The position numbers and the translations under genes were made by a program. From NCBI GenBank assembly GCA_964002605.1, contig CAXFGY010000030.1, forward strand, positions 1-11,977: a DNA stretch of 11,977 nucleotides, written 5' to 3'. Of the stretch, positions 1-7,848 are shown one piece after another. Under the pieces are notes generated by a model, which was given only the letters and a program-made list of their open reading frames with translations, ran no database searches and was not told the DNA's origin. The stretch's first letter is position 1, and every line of letters starts with the position of its first letter. This DNA comes from an uncultured Candidatus Marinamargulisbacteria bacterium. Lineage in GTDB: Bacteria; Margulisbacteria; Marinamargulisbacteria; GCA-2716485; CAXFGY01.

Positions 1-121
1 CAGCGCACCATAACGAAGGTGAAAATTGTGAAGATTAGGCATTTCGCGACAGAGCTACTTTAATTTATTCAAGATTGATCTTTATTTATTTAATCTTATT
101 TATTTTTCAGCTTAAGATTGA

Positions 122-1867
122 TTATTTCAAACTTTTATCATTTTTTTGTTTTTCAAACAAATAATTAAGTTTTTTTTGTTGCGCTTGCAATTGTCTTGTT
201 CTCATATTCAATACTTTATTGGTTTTTAACAATTCTTTCTGTAACTCTTTGAGAGACTGACTAATCACTCTCTTGGGATACAAATCATAATATAAATAAT
301 CCACCTTCTCTTGCTGCGTTTTAACTAATTCTTTTTCATTAAAAATGATATCTTGTTTTTCTTTTAATTGAGCCTGATAATTATTAATATTGTTTTTTTC
401 TTTTTTGATTGCAATCACAATCTTTTCACGTTTTACTTTTGAATCATTAATTTTCTTTCTAATTTCAATTTTATTTTTAACTGATAAAACGGACCTATTC
501 GATTCGTATTGCTTTTTGTTAGCGAGTAATTGCTTCTGCTCTTCGTTTTTTAACTGATATTTTTTTTCATAAGTCCTAATACTATTTTGCGACCGTTGCA
601 ATAATTTCTTTAATTTAGTTATTTGCCGCTGACCTTTTATTTGGCGCCTTAACAACCTATTTAACTCTTTTTTTTCAACTTTTAATAACATTTTCAACTT
701 TTTCCTATCTGCCTTCAATTGACTATCTCGAATACTTTTTTGACCTTCACTTATCAGCTTTAACTGTATTAATTTACTTTTGGTTCTACTGAATAACGCT
801 GATATCGTTTGCTGATATGCGTCTATTTTTTTGATTTTTTTCTTATACCCATTTATTGCTGCTTCTGTTGACTTTATTTTTTTTGAAATACCCAATTGAC
901 TTTGCTTATATCTTGTTTTTCTTTGATTAAATAAACTTAAGGAAATATAGTGCATCTTGTCGTAATAAATTACTCCTGTCTGCTCATAGGCATAACTCAA
1001 CTTAATCCCTTTAACTTTTAAATTTAATCCTACTGATTTTCGCATTACTGTTTCATCTAAATGCAACATGGTACGCAAACCAAACAATCCTTCAATATAA
1101 GGGAAATGTTGATGTTTTATCGCAATTCCAGCTGCATAAAATAAGGGATATTTTTCGTACTGAGTTAACTGAAAATGAATTGATGATTCTATATTTTTGT
1201 AATTGCTTTTTTTAGAGCTATTAATAAACAGTTTAAATGGCAAGTCCTCCCCTGACCGACCATCAGAATATCTCATATTTAATCCTGGAAATATGTTATG
1301 AACTCCAACTCCTAACTGATATCCAGACTTAATAAAATATACCCCAAAGTCACTATTGATTCCTTGTCCAACAATATTATATATTTCTGAATGCAGTATT
1401 TTTATTGATGCGCCTAAACTAATATTTTGCAGAAGTGCCATGCTTCCCGCCACATAATACTTACTATTATAATATGAATAAGGGGCTGCTGAACTCAAAA
1501 TAATATTATTAACTGCTGAATTATTATTGTTTATTGTTGTTTGTTGAATTCCTTTGATACCTAACGCTGCATAACCCAGTCCGATTACAAAGTTTTTGTA
1601 CGATTGGGATACACTAAGGTTTTGGACTGATACATCCTGAATGGTTGTTGTATAAAAGGTATCAATAGACCACTTAACTTGATGGTCTAATTGTGCTGGA
1701 TTTACAAATACAGCCTGTGCGGTTTTTAAATTTGAATTAATTCCACCCAATGCAATTGACTCAGCAGATACCCCTAAATCTGTTATATCAAGTATGTTTT
1801 CAGCTTTTGACTGAATTGCTAAAATACTGACTATGATAAATATACAAATACAATCACTAAACTTCAT
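122..1867 (-). CDS. Outer-membrane beta-barrel protein (copy A) with a FadL/PorV/PorP-like N-terminal plug motif. It is a paralog of the 7849..8814 gene. It also carries a ~265-aa Lys/Gln/Glu-rich predicted coiled-coil C-terminal extension.
   Basis: The N-terminus is a signal peptide (MKFSDCICIFIIVSILAIQSKA). The motif DITDLGVSAESIALGG...NPAQL aligns with the FadL-family hatch pattern S-x4-A-x2-G-x4-A-x2-A-x5-NP and is shared nearly verbatim with the 7849..8814 protein. The two proteins are collinear for ~315 aa. Strands alternate and the barrel ends ...HYISLSLF, a terminal aromatic as in OM barrels. After that comes K/Q/E-rich low-complexity sequence. An RBS GAGGA sits 4 nt upstream of the ATG at 1865-1867. 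The gene begins 24 nt downstream of the 1892..3382 gene. Confidence 0.6.
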   Translation of the reverse strand: MKFSDCICIFIIVSILAIQSKAENILDITDLGVSAESIALGGINSNLKTAQAVFVNPAQLDHQVKWSIDTFYTTTIQDVSVQNLSVSQSYKNFVIGLGYAALGIKGIQQTTINNNNSAVNNIILSSAAPYSYYNSKYYVAGSMALLQNISLGASIKILHSEIYNIVGQGINSDFGVYFIKSGYQLGVGVHNIFPGLNMRYSDGRSGEDLPFKLFINSSKKSNYKNIESSIHFQLTQYEKYPLFYAAGIAIKHQHFPYIEGLFGLRTMLHLDETVMRKSVGLNLKVKGIKLSYAYEQTGVIYYDKMHYISLSLFNQRKTRYKQSQLGISKKIKSTEAAINGYKKKIKKIDAYQQTISALFSRTKSKLIQLKLISEGQKSIRDSQLKADRKKLKMLLKVEKKELNRLLRRQIKGQRQITKLKKLLQRSQNSIRTYEKKYQLKNEEQKQLLANKKQYESNRSVLSVKNKIEIRKKINDSKVKREKIVIAIKKEKNNINNYQAQLKEKQDIIFNEKELVKTQQEKVDYLYYDLYPKRVISQSLKELQKELLKTNKVLNMRTRQLQAQQKKLNYLFEKQKNDKSLK

Positions 1868-1891
1868 ACCATCCTCTTCATTGACCTAACG

Positions 1892-3382
1892 TTACTTTTT
1901 ACGCGGTATTACTCCTAATTTTGTTTTATGAACGACTTCTCCAGCTAACACCAATAAAATACTATATCCACCAACAGCCATATGATGAAACTCATCACTC
2001 AAAACTGTTATTTCACTATACCAATAGGTACTATCCTGATAATTTACTAAATTACCTTTTTGAAATGCTTCTTTCTTAACATGTAACTGCCCTAACATAT
2101 CAAATATATACACGATAAACCTTGCATCATCATTAATTTGATTGCCATAATATAGACCCAGCCGCAAGTCCTCTCCTTGTTCAATTGGGCTTGGATAAGC
2201 ATAAAAATGGTCAACCCCAGTATTATGAACTTCTGTAGTATCCAGTCCTTTATTTTCTTCAAAAATATGTCCTTGTGAATATAGCTGACTCAGATTCCAA
2301 CTACAATTTAATGCTGTTTCTGGTAACGTAACATGATCAAATTTGCCAATAATTTCTGTAAATTCAAATAACTGATAACTTCGGTTGCAAACTGATTCAG
2401 ATTCATTTAAGGGATCTGATTGAGACATTAGTATTGCTTGATTTATACTCGCATTTACAAGTGTCCCCTTTTTTTCTTCTTCATTTTCAATCATTAACTT
2501 GCCCCCATGGATCTGTAACCGATACCCAGAAACCAGGCTATTTAGCGGCATTTTTAATTGTGCCTCAGCAGCAACAATCAACTGCCCTTCCCCTTCTATT
2601 TTTACATTGATATTTGCAACTGATTTTAATATTCCTTTCTCTATTTCTAAACTTTTATTCACTATTGGTGTTTCAACAAATAATTGGCCTGCCTGCAATG
2701 TTATTTTGTTTGCTGTTTCCTTAATTTTAGTTTCTTGATTTAAAACGTTATCCCTTAATAATATTTGAATTGCACTATAATTATTAATGACTAACTCTTT
2801 TGCTTTTTGCTTTTCATGTTCATTATCAAACATACTTTTATCTACCCATTCTAATAGTATATTTGGAATATTTTCATTATCTGTTAAAAAATCACCCCAA
2901 TTAACTTTATCTGTAATTTTTAATTTATCTAATAAATCAATAATTTCTTTTCGAGACGCTTTAGTTATTTCACTTGGCAAATCATAATATTGGATAGGCG
3001 TCTGAAATGTCCCGGATGGCATTATTAATTTCCCTTCATTATCTACAATACTTACGGCACCTTGTGCTGAAGAAATTGTAGTCGTTTTTCCATTAAATAG
3101 TTCTATGGACTTTGTGATCTCCCCCTTTTTTTTAATCTCAATATTTCTTTGTTGAACCGCTTCTTTAATCGTCTGTTGAACAGGTTTTGTTAATGGATCT
3201 ATTTCATCAATAAGATAACGATCATTCCTATATTTAATTGGATCAAGTAAGTCAGTATTCGTCACAACTGCTTTACCAGTCAATTCAACACTATACAAAA
3301 ACCCATCAATAGTTCCTAAAAAATTAGACCCCATTAATAACGATACTATTAAACATCTTAAAACACGATAACTAATTATCAT
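1892..3382 (-). CDS. Secreted protein (cargo copy A, 496 aa). Its C-terminal ~430 aa are homologous to the C-terminal module of the large 8841..11977 protein. It lacks the repeat array. The last ~100 aa resemble a T9SS-type C-terminal sorting (CTD) Ig-like domain.
   Basis: The N-terminal signal peptide is MIISYRVLRCLIVSLLMGSNFLG. Collinear similarity to the large protein runs through MPSGTFQTPIQYYDLPSEI~MPKTKGEIISVYDFPETI, then CNRSYQLFEFTEIIGKFDHVTLPE~CSQSYTLFEFSTINGNFDEVKLPE, then CSWNLSQLYSQG~CSWNLSELYTQG. The CTD-like tail is YPSP...FIVYIFDMLGQLHVK...FHHMAVGGYSILL...GEVV...KLGVIP. Confidence 0.6.
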   Translation of the reverse strand: MIISYRVLRCLIVSLLMGSNFLGTIDGFLYSVELTGKAVVTNTDLLDPIKYRNDRYLIDEIDPLTKPVQQTIKEAVQQRNIEIKKKGEITKSIELFNGKTTTISSAQGAVSIVDNEGKLIMPSGTFQTPIQYYDLPSEITKASRKEIIDLLDKLKITDKVNWGDFLTDNENIPNILLEWVDKSMFDNEHEKQKAKELVINNYSAIQILLRDNVLNQETKIKETANKITLQAGQLFVETPIVNKSLEIEKGILKSVANINVKIEGEGQLIVAAEAQLKMPLNSLVSGYRLQIHGGKLMIENEEEKKGTLVNASINQAILMSQSDPLNESESVCNRSYQLFEFTEIIGKFDHVTLPETALNCSWNLSQLYSQGHIFEENKGLDTTEVHNTGVDHFYAYPSPIEQGEDLRLGLYYGNQINDDARFIVYIFDMLGQLHVKKEAFQKGNLVNYQDSTYWYSEITVLSDEFHHMAVGGYSILLVLAGEVVHKTKLGVIPRKK

Positions 3383-3514
3383 TACACTATAAGATAATCC
3401 TATTTACTTAAGGCTTGCATAAAAAATATTGCATAAACTATTAATGATCAAACATACACTCTTCTGTAGGAAAAGCGTAAAAACAATTAATATGATAACT
3501 GAATTTAATAAACG

Positions 3515-4548
<1,034 letters not shown>

Positions 4549-4628
4549 AAACATAATATCTAATTAAACCCATTTGTTTCTTATTTAATACCACTATCTA
4601 TTATTATACGGTAATACCACTAAAGATC

Positions 4629-4991
4629 CTATAGGTTAGCACGCTTTAATACCAATTCAGCTAATGATGAATCTACTCCCAATGGGGCTGTTACTTCTCC
4701 TGTTAACCCTTTATGTAATTTTAAAGCCTCTCTAACCATGTGTGGAATATCTTCTTTGGCATGTCTACCTGGAGACAACATATACGGATGAGCAATTATA
4801 TGAGTTGCTCCCCTGTCAACACAATCCTGAATACCCTCTTCAATGCTGGGACTTGCAAGTTCCATATGTGCCCCAACAATAATTAAATCAGGACGCTTTT
4901 GACGTAATAATTCAACCACATCATTTAACATAATATTTGCACTATTACGCTTAGAACCATGATCAATAACTAATAATGCTTTTCTTGTCAT
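4629..4991 (-). CDS. cbiX: Small CbiX-type sirohydrochlorin chelatase (cobalto- or ferrochelatase, CbiX(S)/SirB-like).
   Basis: A 120-aa product with the CbiX signature LLVIDHGSKR near the N-terminus and ...IIAHPYMLSPGRHAKEDIP..., which matches the (V/I)PLFL..G.H...DIP motif of class II chelatases. An RBS AAGGTG lies 6 nt upstream. Confidence 0.72.
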   Translation of the reverse strand: MTRKALLVIDHGSKRNSANIMLNDVVELLRQKRPDLIIVGAHMELASPSIEEGIQDCVDRGATHIIAHPYMLSPGRHAKEDIPHMVREALKLHKGLTGEVTAPLGVDSSLAELVLKRANL

Positions 4992-5007
4992 TTATACACC
5001 TTTTTTA

Positions 5008-5037
5008 TTGCATTTTTTTAAATTCTTATTATATAAT
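5008..5037 (+). promoter_or_regulatory. Candidate sigma70-type promoter (TTGCAT-18-TATAAT) for the MarC-family gene. It implies a leaderless or near-leaderless transcript.
   Basis: TTGCAT lies at 5008-5013 and TATAAT at 5032-5037 with an 18-nt spacer. The ATG codons at 5042 and 5048 are only 5-11 nt downstream. The AT-rich background makes chance matches likely. Confidence 0.3.
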
Positions 5038-5041
5038 AAAA

Positions 5042-5665
5042 ATGATAATGAGTATATTGCCAAATCAATTTTTTGATATTCTAATATTATTATTGGTTAT
5101 GTTTAATCCTTTTTTAATGAGTATTTACCTCATTGAACTTATTCAGTCACTTTCTTCAAAACGGTTCTCATATGTTATTTTTCGTGCATTTTGGATTAGT
5201 TCTTTAATTTTTATCGGATTTGCGTTTAGTGGAGATTACTTATTTCAATCGGTGCTTCAAATCCACTTTGGCTCTTTTATGATATTTGGGGGTATTCTAT
5301 TTACGTTGATATCACTTCAACAGATGATATCGGGTCCAAAATCAATTAATCTTTTAAGAGGCCCTATTGAACATATTGGTGGCGCAGCCACACTACCATT
5401 TATGCTTGGCCCAGGTACAATTAGCACCAGTATTTATGCAGGATCCGTGCTATCGCCAACTTGGACAATCATTGTCATTGTATCCGCCTCGCTGCTATCT
5501 GCTTTCAGCTTAATTATGTTAAAAGTTTTATTCAGTAGAGTTGCAATTAAAAAACATGACTTTATGGAAAGTTATATTAATATTATTGGTCGAATGATGG
5601 CCTTAATTATGGGCTCTATTGCTGTGAATATGATTATTAAAGGCATTCAATTAATTATAACTTAA
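5042..5665 (+). CDS. MarC family (UPF0056) integral membrane protein. The start is probably ATG 5042 or ATG 5048, not the longer ORF start at 4976, which overlaps cbiX.
   Basis: It is collinear with E. coli MarC. MSILPNQFFDILILLLVMFNP matches [21 protein letters not shown], with NP at the same position 20-21. PFMLGPGTISTSIY matches PLAMPSTAGPGTIAMI. IGRMMALIMGSIAVNMIIKGIQLII matches [25 protein letters not shown]. The product is a ~207-aa protein with multiple TM segments. Confidence 0.7.
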   Translation: MIMSILPNQFFDILILLLVMFNPFLMSIYLIELIQSLSSKRFSYVIFRAFWISSLIFIGFAFSGDYLFQSVLQIHFGSFMIFGGILFTLISLQQMISGPKSINLLRGPIEHIGGAATLPFMLGPGTISTSIYAGSVLSPTWTIIVIVSASLLSAFSLIMLKVLFSRVAIKKHDFMESYINIIGRMMALIMGSIAVNMIIKGIQLIIT

Positions 5666-5687
5666 CTTATTAAATCTTTCGAATATT

Positions 5688-6854
5688 ATGCTTAATCGAA
5701 TACCACTTCAAGAATTAAAAAAACCCCGCTTGCTTAGTGTGGTACCGAACACAAATACAGCTAATCAACTTTATCGCTCCTGGCCTACAAATTTAGACAG
5801 TACAAGGCCTTATGCGACACAGCCGCCACCCCTACTAGACACTTCAAAATTTTGTAAAAAAATGCAGAAATTTTTAACTATAATGGAGATTAACCCAAGT
5901 ACGCTTAAATTAAGCGACCCCTATACTAAAAATAATATCGAAATGATTAAAAATATTTTACAGCAACCGCCTTGTCATATCCCTTCTAATGAAATATCTA
6001 TTGCGACCCACCCTGGACCTCATAAAACGGATAATGAGGATTGTATTTCTGTCATACACCCCCCTGACATACCGGAAATAAAAGCTATTATTTGTACTGA
6101 CGGTGTCAGCATAGGACTTCCCAGAACGCCATTTGAAAGAAATGAAAATGGAATTGCTGCTTCTAACTATATTAATAATCAACTGGGTATATGGATTAAT
6201 TCAGATGCATTCAAAACCATATTTTACGAATTAATAAATCAAGACAAATCAAAATACGATCGTATTTCAAAGTTTTTTGAAGATGTAACGAACGCAGTCC
6301 AAAAAATTGCTAAGAATATTTATCCTAAAAATAGTTCCACTACTCTTGAACTGACGTTTTTAGTTCAATATGAAAATCAAAATTATGTATTTGCATTTTC
6401 TTGGGGAGACTCTAGTACTTTTATTTATAAAAATAAAATTACTGTACCACTAAATGTGTATTATTATAACAATGTTACACAGTTAAACACTGGATATAAT
6501 ATTTTCTTTGAAAAAAACTTTTTAAATGCCTCCATAAAGTCATCCGACCCAGAAGACCCCGGTGCAGTGATCAATGCTCATGATGCATACCGACAAAAAC
6601 CATCTTTAACTATTATGCCAATAAATGACGGAGATACCGTTATCATTGCAACTGATGGATATATCGATAATTTAAGTAAAACCTGCCCAAATGATCCATC
6701 AAAAATACTATTTCAAACCGATTTAGCTGGTAAACTTATTACATTATGTGATGAACTTAATATTAAAGATAGAGCGTCCTTGATTGCATCTGTTTGCGGG
6801 GTAATTAGAGAAAAACCAGATGATATTACAGTGGCAGTAGTACCACCGCAGTAG
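5688..6854 (+). CDS. Divergent PP2C/PPM-family Ser/Thr protein phosphatase-like protein with a Pro-rich N-terminal region. The exact start is uncertain.
   Basis: Five PPM motifs occur in the right order. Motif 1 is GPHKTDNEDCISV (R..NED). Motif 2 is ICTDGVSIG (DG.GG-like). Motif 5 is FAFSWGDSSTFIY (GDSR-like). Motif 8 is IIATDGYIDNL (SDGL.D-like). Motif 11 is DDITVAVV at the C-terminus (DNITVIVV-like). No obvious SD lies upstream of 5688. The next in-frame Met is residue 59. Confidence 0.55.
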   Translation: MLNRIPLQELKKPRLLSVVPNTNTANQLYRSWPTNLDSTRPYATQPPPLLDTSKFCKKMQKFLTIMEINPSTLKLSDPYTKNNIEMIKNILQQPPCHIPSNEISIATHPGPHKTDNEDCISVIHPPDIPEIKAIICTDGVSIGLPRTPFERNENGIAASNYINNQLGIWINSDAFKTIFYELINQDKSKYDRISKFFEDVTNAVQKIAKNIYPKNSSTTLELTFLVQYENQNYVFAFSWGDSSTFIYKNKITVPLNVYYYNNVTQLNTGYNIFFEKNFLNASIKSSDPEDPGAVINAHDAYRQKPSLTIMPINDGDTVIIATDGYIDNLSKTCPNDPSKILFQTDLAGKLITLCDELNIKDRASLIASVCGVIREKPDDITVAVVPPQ

Positions 6855-6860
6855 TACCAC
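6833..6860. repeat. Exact 14-nt tandem duplication (gcagtagtaccacc x2) spanning the stop codon of the PP2C-like gene.
   Basis: The sequence ggcagtagtaccaccgcagtagtaccacctaaaa was read directly. The second copy shifts the frame by 2 nt and supplies the TAG stop, giving ...AVVPPQ*. Without it the frame would read ...AVVPPKKTLCTLTI*. Confidence 0.85.
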
Positions 6861-6943
6861 CTAAAAAAACATTGTGTACATTAACTATATAATATACTAT
6901 TTTGAAAGAAATATTTTAAACTTATTTTTAAAGGGAGATTTTT

Positions 6944-7834
6944 ATGGCTCAAACTGTTAATTTTAATTCTGATATGTTCAATAAACTTTCTAAATATATT
7001 CCTATACTATTTATTATTATTCTTTTACTCCCTGCTTCATTTGTTATTATTGATGCAGGCAAAGTAGGCGTTGTTAAACGACTGGGTGCTGTTCAACCGC
7101 TTTCTTTACCTGAAGGCTTTCACCTTAAAATCCCTTTTGCCGATCAGATTATTAAAGTTGATGTTAGACTAATGAATAGTCGCTCTAATGCGCTCTCTTC
7201 TTCCAAAGATTTACAAACTGTTCGTACAACAGTTGAAGTTCAATACTCTATCAATGGGACAATGGCACCTTACACCTATCAAAAAGTGGGTCTTAACCGC
7301 CAAATTCAAGCCCGTGTTATTGAACCTGCCATTGGCGAATCTGTCAAAGCCGTTACTGCCCAATATACTGCTGAAGAACTCATTACAAAGCGTGGCACTG
7401 TCAAACTCCAAATTCAAGGGGCTATTCAAAACTATATTAATGCAACATTAGAAAAGAAAAAGATTAAAGAAGGCATTGAAATTGCTAATGTTGCGATTAC
7501 TGACTTTAATTTCTCTGATGAGTTTAATCGTGCAATTGAAATGAAAGTAAAAGCGGAACAAGAAGCACTACAAGCTAAAAATGAAAAATTAAAACGAATT
7601 ACTCAAGCTGAAGCGGCTGCCTCTGAAAAACAATTGGCTGCTGATGCTTCTGCCTATGAAATTTCTGTCGGATCTAAAGCGCGAGCTGATGCAATTAAAC
7701 GTGAAGCAATGGCATTACGCAACAACCCGGAATTAATCCAACTACGAATCGCTGAAAAGTGGGACGGTAAACTCCCTCACTTTAACGGTAGCGATGCTGT
7801 GCCTTTATTGAATATTAATCCCAAACAAAATTAA
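6944..7834 (+). CDS. SPFH/band-7 domain protein of the prohibitin/HflC-like family, with an N-terminal membrane anchor.
   Basis: A TM segment (YIPILFIIILLLPASFVIIDA) is followed by the SPFH core GKVGVVKRLGAV...LKIPFADQIIKVDVR...LQTVRTTVEVQY. The C-terminal part is an Ala/Glu/Lys-rich coiled coil (KAEQEALQAKNEKLKRITQAEAAASEKQLAADASAYE) typical of prohibitins. A strong RBS AAGGGAG at 6931-6937 lies 6 nt before the ATG. Confidence 0.85.
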   Translation: MAQTVNFNSDMFNKLSKYIPILFIIILLLPASFVIIDAGKVGVVKRLGAVQPLSLPEGFHLKIPFADQIIKVDVRLMNSRSNALSSSKDLQTVRTTVEVQYSINGTMAPYTYQKVGLNRQIQARVIEPAIGESVKAVTAQYTAEELITKRGTVKLQIQGAIQNYINATLEKKKIKEGIEIANVAITDFNFSDEFNRAIEMKVKAEQEALQAKNEKLKRITQAEAAASEKQLAADASAYEISVGSKARADAIKREAMALRNNPELIQLRIAEKWDGKLPHFNGSDAVPLLNINPKQN

Positions 7835-7848
7835 TCATTTATTTTATT

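Noticed and set aside
1-63. Possible 3' end of a plus-strand gene (…QRTITKVKIVKIRHFATELL*) with locally higher GC.
   Set aside because: There are only 20 codons in the window with no recognisable similarity. It cannot be supported from sequence alone, although the GC shift relative to the AT-rich spacer at 64-121 is suggestive.
64-121. Searched for a rho-independent terminator downstream of barrel copy A. A small aagat-tg-atctt palindrome was found.
   Set aside because: It has only a 5-bp AT-rich stem, with no GC-rich stem followed by a T-run. It is not convincing as an intrinsic terminator.
2499-2987. Plus-strand ORFs of 79 aa (2499..2738) and 66 aa (2787..2987) inside the 1892..3382 gene.
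   Set aside because: They lie antisense to a well-supported longer CDS. Their products are low-complexity hydrophobic sequence of the kind generated by an AT-rich antisense strand. Neither has an RBS. They are spurious.
4976-5041. Upstream extension of the MarC ORF, starting at ATG 4976.
   Set aside because: It overlaps the cbiX start codon by 16 nt. It would add 22 residues (MLFLSFIHLFYCIFLNSYYIIK) with no counterpart in MarC homologs. The ATG at 5042 or 5048 aligns precisely to the MarC N-terminus.
5958-6182. 74-aa minus-strand ORF inside the PP2C-like gene.
   Set aside because: It is antisense, Arg-rich low-complexity sequence with no RBS.
6861-6943. Sigma70 promoter for the SPFH gene: TTGTGT (6871-6876) and TATAAT (6887-6892).
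   Set aside because: The spacer is only 10 nt. An alternative TTGAAA at 6902-6907 lacks a good -10 at proper spacing. In ~28% GC DNA such hexamers occur by chance, so no promoter is called here.
7188-7451. Overlapping 87-aa plus-strand and 72-aa minus-strand ORFs inside the SPFH gene.
   Set aside because: The SPFH frame has clear family similarity across this whole region. The alternative frames are spurious.
7835-7848. Looked for a bidirectional terminator between the convergent SPFH and barrel-B genes.
   Set aside because: The gap is only 14 nt and has no hairpin. Any terminator must lie within coding sequence, and none is obvious.
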